DNA of 64,000 bases. Source: an uncultured cyanobacterium (lineage in GTDB: Bacteria; Cyanobacteriota; Cyanobacteriia; Cyanobacteriales; Cyanobacteriaceae). Both the position numbers and the translations under genes were made by a program. Where the stretch lies: NCBI GenBank assembly GCA_963710605.1, contig CAVQBA010000007.1:448001-512000 (forward strand), written 5' to 3'. The notes below the pieces were generated by a model. That model was given only the letters and a program-made list of their open reading frames with translations. It was not told the origin of the DNA and ran no database searches. Below, piece by piece: positions 54,936-64,000 of this stretch (its first letter is position 1; each line of letters opens with the position of its first letter).

Positions 54936-57900
54936 ATGACCACAGTGAGTACAAGTTATCAAGAAGAATTGAGTATTTATTCGAGTTCTGAGTTATTATT
55001 ACGTCATCGATTAAAATTAGTTGAGAATTTATGGGTTTCAGTACTAAAAAATGAATGTGGACAAGAGCTAATTGATTTATTAGATAAACTAAAATCAGCT
55101 TGCTCTCCTGAAGGGCAAACTACTGATATTGATCAAATTTCAGTTAGTAATTGGATTGAAAAATTAGAGTTAGATGAAGCGATACGGGCTGTTAGAGCAT
55201 TTGCTTTATATTTTCAACTAATTAATATTTTAGAACAACATTACGAACAAAGAACTCAAAAGCTGATTCGTCGTACTAGCACCGAAGCACAAGTAAATGC
55301 GATCGAAACTTCACCATCAAATTCGGCTCACGATAATGGTAAAGATAATAGTTATTTTAATCTGAAATCGACTCCTAGTGGAGGCGGTACATTTCATTGG
55401 CTTTTCCCTTATCTGAGAAATTTAAACGTACCACCTCAAAAAATACAACAATTAATTGCTCAACTAGATATTAACCTTGTTTTTACCGCTCACCCAACAG
55501 AAATTGTTCGTCACACTATTCGTAAAAAACAACGTCGTATTGCTTCTATTTTAGAAAAACTCGATTTGGCTGAAGAGTCTAACCGTAATATGAGTTTGAC
55601 TAATTCTTGGGAAGAAGAAAATTATCGCCAATTGTTACTCGAAGAAATTCGCTTATGGTGGCGTACTGATGAATTACATCAATTCAAACCAACTGTTTTA
55701 GATGAAGTTGATTACGCTTTACATTATTTTCAAGAAGTCTTATTTGATATCTTACCAGAATTATCTAATCGTTTAAAACAAGCATTAAACATGACTTTTC
55801 CCGGTTTAAAACCACCTGTGGAAAAATTCTGTTATTTCGGCTCTTGGGTAGGAGGCGATCGAGATGGAAACCCGTTTGTAACTCCAGAGGTTACTTGGTC
55901 AACGGCTTGTTATCAAAGAAATATAGTTTTAGAAAAATATATCGATTCAGTTCATCAACTTAATGATATTCTCAGTTTGTCATTACATTGGTGTAATGTA
56001 GAACCAGAATTATTAGATTCATTAGAACGCGATCGTATTGCGATGCCTGAAGTGTATGATCAGTTTTATGTCCGTTATCGTCAAGAGCCTTATCGTCTTA
56101 AACTAGCTTATATTGAAGAAAAACTAATTAATACTAAAGCTCGTAACCAAGCACTTTCTAATCCAGAAACCAGAAAATCAATCAAACTCGCTCAAAAAGC
56201 AGACAAAGTTTATCCTAGTAGTAACGACTTTTTACAAGACTTAAATCTAATTAAGGATAATCTGGAAAATACTAATATTCAGTGTCAAGAATTAGTCCGT
56301 CTAACTCGTCAATTAGATGTTTATGGTTTTCATCTTACCCCGCTTGATTTTCGTCAAGATTCTTCTCGTCATTCTGATGCCTTAAATGAAATTGCTGAAT
56401 ATTTAGGAGTACTAGACAAACCTTATAATGAATTATCCGAAGACGAAAAAACCCAGTGGTTAATTAAAGAATTACAAACTCGTCGCCCTTTAATTCCGAC
56501 AGAAGTAACTTTTTCTGACATTACGACAGAAACGATCGAGACATTTAAAGTACTTAGAGCATTACAATTAGAATTTAGCTTAGATATTTGTCAGACATAT
56601 ATCATCAGTATGACTAATTATGTCAGCGATGTCTTGGAAGTATTGTTACTAGCTAAAGAAGCAGGGTTATATGACCCCATCTTAGGTATGACAACCATTA
56701 GAATCGTACCTCTATTTGAAACAGTAGAAGATTTAAAAAGAGCACCCTCAGTAATGACAGAATTATTTGAGTTACCGCTTTATCGTGCTTGTTTATCAGG
56801 TGGTTATCAAAACTTAGACAAATCAGCATCTTATCTCAACCTACCTGTATTAAAACCCTATGATTTACAAGAAATCATGTTAGGTTACTCAGATAGTAAC
56901 AAAGACTCAGGTTTTGTTAGTAGTAACTGGGAAATACATAAAGCTCAGAAAAATCTGGCTAAAATCGGGACTAAATATGATCTTAATATCAAAATATTCC
57001 ACGGTAGAGGTGGTTCAGTCGGTAGAGGAGGAGGCCCCGCTTATGCGGCTATTTTGGCTCAACCTAGCTCAACAATCAACGGTAGAATTAAGATTACTGA
57101 GCAAGGAGAAGTACTCGCTTCTAAATATTCTTTACCCGAATTAGCTTTATATAACTTAGAAACAATTACCACCGCTACAATACAAGCCAGTTTACTCGGT
57201 AGTGGTTTTGATGATATTGAGCCATGGAATCAGATTATGGAAGAAATATCAGCGGCTTCTCGTAAAACTTATCGTCAACTTATTTATGAGCAACCAGACT
57301 TTTTAGACTTTTTTATGTCTGTGACTCCTGTAGAAGAAATCAGTAAGTTACAAATAAGTTCTCGTCCTGCTCGTCGTAGTTCGGGTAAAAAGGATATTTC
57401 ATCTTTAAGAGCAATTCCTTGGGTATTTAGTTGGACACAAAGCCGTTTTCTTCTCCCTGCTTGGTATGGTGTGGGTACTGCTTTACAAGACTTTTTAGAT
57501 CAAGAGCCTGAAGAAAACCTTAAACTATTACGTTCGTTTTATATTCGTTGGCCGTTTTTCAAGATGGTAATTTCTAAAGTAGAGATGACTTTGTCTAAAG
57601 TAGATTTACAAATGGCGAGTCATTATATTGAGGAGTTGTCTGATGAGAAAGACAAAGAGCGTTTTTATGCTTTGTTTGAGCAAATTAAGAAGGAATATAC
57701 TTTGAGTCGAGATGTTGTTTTGAAGATTAATGAACAAGAAAAATTACTTGATAATGATCCTGAACTGCAACGATCGGTACAATTAAGAAATGGAACGATC
57801 GTACCTTTAGGATTTTTACAAGTATCTTTAATTAAACGTCTAAGACAATACGCCAAACAAGACAGAGCGGGTTTAATCCATTTCCGTTATAGTAAAGAAG

Positions 57901-57965
57901 AATTGTTACGGGGTGCTTTACTCACTATTAATGGTATCGCCGCAGGTATGCGTAATACAGGCTAA
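54936..57965 (+). CDS. ppc: Phosphoenolpyruvate carboxylase
   Basis: [52 protein letters not shown]. Confidence 0.97.
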   Translation: MTTVSTSYQEELSIYSSSELLLRHRLKLVENLWVSVLKNECGQELIDLLDKLKSACSPEGQTTDIDQISVSNWIEKLELDEAIRAVRAFALYFQLINILEQHYEQRTQKLIRRTSTEAQVNAIETSPSNSAHDNGKDNSYFNLKSTPSGGGTFHWLFPYLRNLNVPPQKIQQLIAQLDINLVFTAHPTEIVRHTIRKKQRRIASILEKLDLAEESNRNMSLTNSWEEENYRQLLLEEIRLWWRTDELHQFKPTVLDEVDYALHYFQEVLFDILPELSNRLKQALNMTFPGLKPPVEKFCYFGSWVGGDRDGNPFVTPEVTWSTACYQRNIVLEKYIDSVHQLNDILSLSLHWCNVEPELLDSLERDRIAMPEVYDQFYVRYRQEPYRLKLAYIEEKLINTKARNQALSNPETRKSIKLAQKADKVYPSSNDFLQDLNLIKDNLENTNIQCQELVRLTRQLDVYGFHLTPLDFRQDSSRHSDALNEIAEYLGVLDKPYNELSEDEKTQWLIKELQTRRPLIPTEVTFSDITTETIETFKVLRALQLEFSLDICQTYIISMTNYVSDVLEVLLLAKEAGLYDPILGMTTIRIVPLFETVEDLKRAPSVMTELFELPLYRACLSGGYQNLDKSASYLNLPVLKPYDLQEIMLGYSDSNKDSGFVSSNWEIHKAQKNLAKIGTKYDLNIKIFHGRGGSVGRGGGPAYAAILAQPSSTINGRIKITEQGEVLASKYSLPELALYNLETITTATIQASLLGSGFDDIEPWNQIMEEISAASRKTYRQLIYEQPDFLDFFMSVTPVEEISKLQISSRPARRSSGKKDISSLRAIPWVFSWTQSRFLLPAWYGVGTALQDFLDQEPEENLKLLRSFYIRWPFFKMVISKVEMTLSKVDLQMASHYIEELSDEKDKERFYALFEQIKKEYTLSRDVVLKINEQEKLLDNDPELQRSVQLRNGTIVPLGFLQVSLIKRLRQYAKQDRAGLIHFRYSKEELLRGALLTINGIAAGMRNTG

Positions 57966-58106
57966 AAAATCAATGGACAATTGATAATTGATAATTGACA
58001 ATTAATTGTAGGGTGGGCAATGCCCACCTCTTTTTTGTTTTGATTTGCCATGTACGATCGCTTTCTTTCTTCTATCCTTTTTTTAAGAAAGTAGCTACAT
58101 TTTATT

Positions 58107-58331
58107 TTATGTTGAAATTAATTTAACTTTATTTGTCAAAGGTTGCGGTAATGCTCGATTACGAGCTTGATAATCCTCAATTAAAAGTTCTAATACTTCT
58201 TGTCCATTTTTTAATGCTTCTTCATAACTATCACCATGAGTATGAGCGTAAGGACCAAATTCTGGCAAACTAGCAATATATTTTTGGTCTTCGTCACTCC
58301 ATCGAATCACTATTGAGTATTGATATTTCAT
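58107..58331 (-). CDS. hicB: HicB-family antitoxin
   Basis: YSIVIRWSDEDQKYIASLPEF..THGDSYEEAL. Confidence 0.88.
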   Translation of the reverse strand: MKYQYSIVIRWSDEDQKYIASLPEFGPYAHTHGDSYEEALKNGQEVLELLIEDYQARNRALPQPLTNKVKLIST

Positions 58332-58333
58332 TA

Positions 58334-58550
58334 TTATTCTTCTTTCTTTAATTTATCTAAATCTTGGAGAGCATTCTTTATATCTCGCTCTTGATAACGA
58401 TCGGCATCTTTACCATCTTTGCCAGAAATAGTTAAACTATATATAGTCTAATAAAGGATGACTCCAAACTGTATTACTACCTTTGCCTGAACGACTAGCA
58501 AATCCTGCTTTTTTTAGCATTGATTTTAATTCTCTAATTTTTTTCGGCAC
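58334..58550 (-). pseudogene. hicA: HicA toxin pseudogene (+4 frameshift and GSH to GSN change)
   Basis: GTG PKKIRELKSMLKKAGF..GKGSNTVWSHP..DY / SLTISGKDGKDADRYQE; extra ATAT in a TA run near 58438-58445. Confidence 0.85.
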
Positions 58551-58929
58551 ATTAGAACTCGATCCTTTGGTTTAATTTTAACATCCGTAAAGGTGAATAT
58601 TGCCTACTCTACGCTCAATTATTCACTACAATCGATTTTTTCTAAATACTTATTTTTTAAAAATATTTAAAGAAAATTTTTCGATAATATTCACTGTCTA
58701 ACAATATTAAATAATGTAGTATAAGTCGTAACGCACCATTGGTATATTTTTGACCAGTAATAACCTTATAACTATTAATGGCTAAAGCCATTACTACAAA
58801 ACTTGTTCTATTTTAGGATTCATTATGATTAATTTAATTTTAGATATTGGTTTTTTAATGAATAGAACAAAATTTCAGAGGGTAAATTGTTACAATTTCA
58901 TTATTATTACCGACCGAAAGTAGGGGATT

Positions 58930-59154
58930 GTGATTTTGACAAAATTAGATAAAGTATTAGATGAAGTAATGGAGTTATCTTTAGAAGAAAAAGAAATTTT
59001 ATCTCAAATTCTTAAACAAAGAATTATTGAAAACAAACGAGAGCAAATTGCTTTAGATGCCCAAATATCTTTACAAGAATTCAAAGAAGGAAAATACCAA
59101 CTTTTAACCGCTCAAGAAGCTATCCAAAATTTACGAGAATATTTACAAAGTTAA
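58930..59154 (+). CDS. Putative antitoxin (similar type to 18008-18223)
   Basis: LSLEEKEIL..IIENKREQI; upstream of a truncated toxin. Confidence 0.7.
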   Translation: MILTKLDKVLDEVMELSLEEKEILSQILKQRIIENKREQIALDAQISLQEFKEGKYQLLTAQEAIQNLREYLQS

Positions 59155-59161
59155 GTCAAAA

Positions 59162-59326
59162 ATGACTAAAATCGTTGTTACTAACAAATATAAAATATCT
59201 TTGAAAAAGTTTGTCCGTAATAATCCTAATCTACAAATAAAAATAGAAGAGACAATAGAATTAATGACTAACGATTTGTTTAGTCCTGAATTAGATATAC
59301 TTGACACTCCTCGCTCCTTTTTCTAA
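59162..59326 (+). pseudogene. 3'-truncated YafQ/RelE-like toxin
   Basis: MTKIVVTNKYKISLKKFVRNNPNLQIKIEETIELMTNDLFSPEL then unrelated sequence; lacks the HKLxG and C-terminal half. Confidence 0.65.
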
Positions 59327-59383
59327 ATATTTTCTGTTATTATACTTGTACTCTCAATTATTTTAAAAATTCGCTTATATCAA

Positions 59384-59722
59384 TTAAGCATAAAAAAGAA
59401 AATATAAAAAAGTAAAAATTAAGAAAATTATTAGAGACTGGCGAAATATCTCTAAAAGTGATAGCTGAGATTTTTCTACTTCCCAATTAGAATAAAATTC
59501 AATTTCTAAAAAATAATCTTTAATCCAATAAAAAGCTAATTTTAGTAAATTGTTTTTAATTAGCAAAAAAAGTAAAAACAATATTATCTGTTTTTCTTTT
59601 GTTTTCTTTAAGCTATCAAAAATATTTAAATCGTATTTAGCAGTTATAAAAACAGATATCAAAGAGATAATATATAAAATTGTTAAATTTTTTAAGTCAG
59701 ATATTAAATATGGATACAGCAT
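59384..59722 (-). CDS. Hypothetical membrane protein (very AT-rich)
   Basis: Three hydrophobic segments; downstream of 59741-60031 on the same strand. Confidence 0.5.
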   Translation of the reverse strand: MLYPYLISDLKNLTILYIISLISVFITAKYDLNIFDSLKKTKEKQIILFLLFLLIKNNLLKLAFYWIKDYFLEIEFYSNWEVEKSQLSLLEIFRQSLIIFLIFTFLYFLFYA

Positions 59723-59740
59723 TTTACTTTTATACTTAAC

Positions 59741-60031
59741 TCAGTTTGTATTCTTCGTTTCCCATTTTTGGTGAAGATTATAACCAAAGACAAAACCTCT
59801 ACGATACATATCATCGAGTGCACTCCCTGTGGGAAGATTTATTGACTCATTTTTCCTTATTTTTCTTTCTCTTTGATATTTTTCTTTCGTGTACGATTTG
59901 TCTTTTTTTTGCAACGAATACTTATTTGATTTTTGATTTGTAATGTGAGGACTAACTCTTGCACTTACAGGTGAAACTTGATGTAATGTGAAAATCACAA
60001 AAATAAATAAGGTGAGGATTATTTTTTTCAT
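59741..60031 (-). CDS. Hypothetical secreted basic protein
   Basis: Signal-peptide-like MKKIILTLFIFVIFTLHQVSPVSA. Confidence 0.55.
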   Translation of the reverse strand: MKKIILTLFIFVIFTLHQVSPVSARVSPHITNQKSNKYSLQKKDKSYTKEKYQRERKIRKNESINLPTGSALDDMYRRGFVFGYNLHQKWETKNTN

Positions 60032-60300
60032 AATTAGTAAATTTATTTAGCTATTGTTAAACTGAAAATTATTAAAACTATGAATGATAACCAACCAATG
60101 CACCTATTATAAAGTAAACAGCAAAACTGCTAGCTATTCCTAAAATAGTTATTATAACTGCTGTTAGAATTGATTCAGAATTCATTTTTTGCTTTATAAA
60201 TATAAAAATAAGTATATTGCTAATATAGTATCATTATTTCAATAAATCTAACGATTGCTCTTTTTTCAAGACTTATCTTTATATTAGTTATTTGTTATAC

Positions 60301-60320
60301 TTGTACTAACTTAAGTACAA
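60301..60320. promoter_or_regulatory. Palindromic operator candidate upstream of yefM
   Basis: TTGTACT-AACTTA-AGTACAA, 11 bp before the ATG. Confidence 0.55.
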
Positions 60321-60331
60321 AAAATTAGGTT

Positions 60332-60586
60332 ATGGAAATAGTTAATTATTCTGAAGCAAGAAGAAACTTTAAACAGATTTTAGATTGTTTGAGTGAAGAC
60401 TGTGATACGACATTAATCAAAAGAAGAAATTGCGAAGATGTCGTATTAATATCAAAGAGTCATTACGATTCTATTATGGAGACATTATATTTAATGAAAT
60501 CTCCTGCTAATGCTCAACACTTAAACGAAGCTATCGCTAGAGACAAAGCAGGTAAAAGTGAATCTCATGATTTAATCGATGCGTGA
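60332..60586 (+). CDS. yefM: Phd/YefM antitoxin
   Basis: VNYSEARRNF..ETLYLMKSPANAQHL. Confidence 0.92.
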   Translation: MEIVNYSEARRNFKQILDCLSEDCDTTLIKRRNCEDVVLISKSHYDSIMETLYLMKSPANAQHLNEAIARDKAGKSESHDLIDA

Positions 60587-60738
60587 ACTAGTTTGGGATA
60601 CAAAAGCTTGGCAAGATTACATTTATTGGCAAAGTCAAGACAAGAAAACTCTTAAAAGAATTAATCGACTAATCAAAGATAGTTTGGTTAATCCTTTTGA
60701 TGGAATCGGAAAACCTGAGCCTTTGAAAGAAAATTTAT

Positions 60739-62103
60739 CTAAGGAGCGTAAGACCCTCACGTCCCGTGAAGGGATGTAAGCGGATTTAGTTTTTACAATT
60801 TAAGTCTTTAGTTTGTAAAAAATGTGATAGAATCAGTATATCATACATCAAGCATGAAGTTGAAATGCTTAATCTGACGTACAACTACAAGCTACAGCCA
60901 ACGAAAAAACAAATAGGAATAATTGAACAGAATCTAGATGTTTGCCGCTCTGTTTGGAACTATGGGTTGTATGAAAGAAAGCTATGGTACAACTCCCGTC
61001 AATGTGAAATTAACAAATGTTCATTACACAGTGAACACATTGTTGAACCTTTTGAATATCCTAATTACCATCATCAATCTAAACAGTTAACTAAAGCTAA
61101 AAAAACTAATCCTTTCCTTAAATCAGGCAATGCTCAGGCTATGCAACAGACTCTAAGAAAGTTGGATAAAGCATTTAATGACATGAAAAACAAAGGCATG
61201 GGCTTTCCTAGGTACAAAAAGAAAATGAAATCTTTTAACCTAATTAGCAATAAAATTGAATTAAATGGTAATTATCTTAAGATGCCTCTGTTGAAAAACA
61301 TCAAAGTGAGAAAATCTAGAGATATTCCAGAAGGCTTTAAGATAAAACAAGCTCAAATCATTAAAAAAGCTAGTGGTTACTATGTTAATTTAATGATTGA
61401 GTTTGATGTTAATGTACCTTCACCTAGTCCACATGGTCACGCACTAGGATTAGATGCTGGTATTCAAAGTATGATAGCAACCTCTGATAATTTAACTATT
61501 CCTAGACCTAGGTTTTTAGACAAAGTATTACGTAAGATTAAATTACTACAAAGAAAACTTAGAAATAAAATCAAGGGTTCTAATAAATGGAAAAAGTTGA
61601 ATCATAGAATTGCTTTACTGCATGAAGCCGTAGCTAATAGACGAAAAGACTATCACTTTAAACTAGCTCACCAACTAGTACAAGAAAATGGAATGATATT
61701 TGTAGAAGATATTAACTTTAAGTCATGGTCTAAAGGGCTGTTTTGTAAGCAATCTTTAGATATGGGTTTAGGTCAATTCTTTACTAGACTAGAGTATATT
61801 TGCTCACAGACAGACACCTATTTTGCAAAGGTAAATAAAGATTTCACGTCTCAAATATGTCCTAACTGTAACACTCATACAGGAAAAAAAGAACTAAATG
61901 TAAGAATACATAAGTGTCCTGAGTGTGGGTATGAACAGGATAGAGATATTGCGGCGGCGGAAGTAGTAAGGAATCGAGGTTTAGAAAACACTGCGGTAGG
62001 AACTATCGTGGTTAAACAGCCCAGTAATGGCGATCTGACAGGGGCAATAGCCTAGTTAAGAGTCTATATGGGAATCCCCCGACTCTGTCGGCGGGAGGTT
62101 CAA
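60739..62103 (+). mobile_element. IS200/IS605-family element, tnpB only (IS1341-type), 1365 bp
   Basis: Inserted 3' of TTTAT without target duplication, ends TTCAA; subterminal hairpins at both ends. Confidence 0.9.
60865..62055 (+). CDS. tnpB: RNA-guided endonuclease TnpB
   Basis: HTH N-terminus, GFPRYK, RuvC residues GLDAG / FVEDI / DRDIAAA, CPNC..CPEC zinc ribbon. Confidence 0.95.
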   Translation: MLNLTYNYKLQPTKKQIGIIEQNLDVCRSVWNYGLYERKLWYNSRQCEINKCSLHSEHIVEPFEYPNYHHQSKQLTKAKKTNPFLKSGNAQAMQQTLRKLDKAFNDMKNKGMGFPRYKKKMKSFNLISNKIELNGNYLKMPLLKNIKVRKSRDIPEGFKIKQAQIIKKASGYYVNLMIEFDVNVPSPSPHGHALGLDAGIQSMIATSDNLTIPRPRFLDKVLRKIKLLQRKLRNKIKGSNKWKKLNHRIALLHEAVANRRKDYHFKLAHQLVQENGMIFVEDINFKSWSKGLFCKQSLDMGLGQFFTRLEYICSQTDTYFAKVNKDFTSQICPNCNTHTGKKELNVRIHKCPECGYEQDRDIAAAEVVRNRGLENTAVGTIVVKQPSNGDLTGAIA

Positions 62104-62204
62104 CTGGTTATTGGTCGAGAAGAATTGATGAAACAAATCGATTAGTTTATCGAGTAGCAGAAGACTATATTAAAATTATCTCCTGCCGATACCACTACTA
62201 ACTC

Positions 62205-63713
62205 TTAACGCATATCATAACCAAATAAATTAGGATCGACTTCAGATAAACCAATATCGTCTAAACCGTATTCTGCCCAACGTTGGCTTACTTTTTCCGC
62301 CATATCAGGATCGGATTCTAATACTTCTCCCCATTCGTGATCTGTTTCAGGAGGGATTTTTGTTGTCGCATCGATCGCCATTCTACCGCCCAAGCCAATT
62401 TTTTCACTAGCAAAATCGAGAGTATCAAAAGGAGTTTCTTCTAAAATAAAGACATCTCGAACAGGATCGACTTTAGAACTTATTGCCCATACTATCTGAC
62501 GAGGGTCACGAATATTGATTTCTTTATCCACTACAATTACAAATTTAGTATAAGTAAATTGCGGTAAAGCACTCCAAAAAGCCATCGCCGCTCTTCTTGC
62601 TTGTCCAGGATACGCTTTATCGATCGAGATAATCGCCGCTTTATAACTTAATGCTTCCATCGGTAAAAAGAAATCGGTGATTTCCGATACTTGCTGACGC
62701 AAAATAGGTGTATAAATTCGGTTTAGAGCGATCGCCATCATTGCTTCTTCTTTTGGTGGACGACCACTAAAAGTAGTAAGATAAATCGGATCTTTGCGAT
62801 GAGTTAGGCAATGGAAACGAACTAAAGGCGAATCTTCCACACCGCCATAATAACCCATATGATCGCCAAACGGACCATCGGGGAGCATTTCATTGGGATC
62901 GATCGTTCCTTCTAAAACAAACTCTGAATCGGCGGGTACTTCCAGATCGACTGTTTTACATTTAGCCAGTTTTACCCCCGAACCACCATACAAACCAGCA
63001 AATAACCATTCGGATAAATCGACAGGAATAGGTGTAGCGGCGGCTAAAATGATTAACGGATCAACTCCTAAAGCGATCGCTATCTCTAGTTTTTTACCCA
63101 TTTGGGCGGCTTTCCTTAGATGTCTCGCTCCTCCCCTAACCGATAACCAATGGACTGTCATCGTCTTATCTGACTGTAATTGCAGACGATATACACCGAC
63201 ATTAGGAGTACCTGTTTCGCAATCTTTAGTAATTACTAAACCGAGGGTAATAATTTTACCTGCATCTTTGGGGTAAGGACGAATCAAAGGTATTTTGTTG
63301 AGATCTAATTCTTCTGATTCGATTACTACTTGATGACAAGGAGGGAAAAAATCTCGTCCGGGTTTAGCTTTAACTACATCAAACAATACTTTCCCGAAAT
63401 CGATCGCTTGTTGGACTTTTTTCGGTGGTTTGGGTTGTTGTAGCATACCCAATTTCTTACCTAATTCTTCTAATTCTAAAGGATGTTCCATTTTCATCGC
63501 CCAGCAAACTCTTTCTAATGTACCTAAAGAGTTAATTAGAATCGGAAAGGGCGAATCCTTCACATTTTCAAATAAAAGAGCAGGGCCACCGACTTGTAGC
63601 ATCCGATTAGAAATTTCTGCTATTTCCAAATCTGGATCGACTAAGGTTTTAATTCGTTTTAATTGTCCTCTTTTTTCTAGTAACTCAATAAATTGACGTA
63701 AATCCCTAGCCAT
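62205..63713 (-). CDS. ubiD: UbiD-family decarboxylase
   Basis: DLRQFI, NVGVYRLQ, DGPFGDHMGYY, GRPPKEE, DTLDFAS, IDATTK. Confidence 0.95.
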   Translation of the reverse strand: MARDLRQFIELLEKRGQLKRIKTLVDPDLEIAEISNRMLQVGGPALLFENVKDSPFPILINSLGTLERVCWAMKMEHPLELEELGKKLGMLQQPKPPKKVQQAIDFGKVLFDVVKAKPGRDFFPPCHQVVIESEELDLNKIPLIRPYPKDAGKIITLGLVITKDCETGTPNVGVYRLQLQSDKTMTVHWLSVRGGARHLRKAAQMGKKLEIAIALGVDPLIILAAATPIPVDLSEWLFAGLYGGSGVKLAKCKTVDLEVPADSEFVLEGTIDPNEMLPDGPFGDHMGYYGGVEDSPLVRFHCLTHRKDPIYLTTFSGRPPKEEAMMAIALNRIYTPILRQQVSEITDFFLPMEALSYKAAIISIDKAYPGQARRAAMAFWSALPQFTYTKFVIVVDKEINIRDPRQIVWAISSKVDPVRDVFILEETPFDTLDFASEKIGLGGRMAIDATTKIPPETDHEWGEVLESDPDMAEKVSQRWAEYGLDDIGLSEVDPNLFGYDMR

Positions 63714-64000
63714 AGTTGGTAATTGATAATTTTAATGATTGATAATGACAAGAAGCTATTTATAGTACTAAACGAGTTAATTAAAACAGTTGAATCAAGT
63801 TCCCCTCCTCACTAAGGAGGGGTTAGGGGAGGTTGAACATCCGAATCAAATCGTTCTTTGCTATATTTTCATTTTTATCTCAAAAAGCAAGAAGATAAAG
63901 TATGAGGCTTCAACTGTCAATTTTACATTGTCAACTGTCTTTGCTATACCTTATCTTAATGATAATGTTCAAATTTTTTCGATGGTTAGTTAATTACTAC

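Larger units (their letters stand above)
60579..62201 (+). pseudogene. yoeB: Txe/YoeB toxin split by an IS (parts 60579-60738 and 62104-62201)
   Basis: Joining the parts gives an intact 85-aa frame: ...[30 protein letters not shown]...ISCRYHY*. Confidence 0.92.

Noticed and set aside
60579-60779. 66-aa ORF as a complete YoeB
   Set aside because: Its tail (KERKTLTSREGM) is read-through into the IS left end; the true 3' half is at 62104-62201.
3528-63696. Short shadow ORFs over housekeeping genes (e.g. 8830, 9311, 20351, 23632, 40656, 47745, 62893)
   Set aside because: They overlap well-supported genes and show no motifs or link to a conserved domain, unlike the 50-52 kb case.
63790-63993. 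67-aa ORF at the window end
   Set aside because: Starts within a dispersed hairpin repeat (PLLTKEGLGEV); no support as a gene.

Overview
AT-rich cyanobacterial chromosomal window (psbV, psbQ, psbH/psbN, nblA, ftrC, zds, ppc; the CGATCG core of HIP1 is frequent; Cyanobacterium/Geminocystis-like by impression only). Most of it is housekeeping and photosynthesis genes interspersed with heptamer tandem repeats, REP-like hairpins, MITE-like elements and type II toxin-antitoxin loci. I recovered several features missing from the ORF track: psbN, nblA, tmRNA, three toxin pseudogenes and the 3' half of an IS-split yoeB. The most unusual region is 49845-52507, next to ssrA. It holds two tandem modules in which different pentapeptide-repeat genes (+ strand) are nested codon-for-codon antisense inside the variable part of a minus-strand HExxH-containing reading frame, beside a conserved homology block; codon usage strongly supports dual coding. 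Other notable items: a tnpB-only IS200/IS605 element cleanly splitting yoeB, a 24-bp in-frame element inserted at CGATCG sites, two homologous long-hairpin candidate sRNAs, an orphan DEDDh exonuclease-ATPase fusion, and repeated loss of toxins with antitoxins retained. All assignments come from motif recognition and hand translation; no database searches were run.
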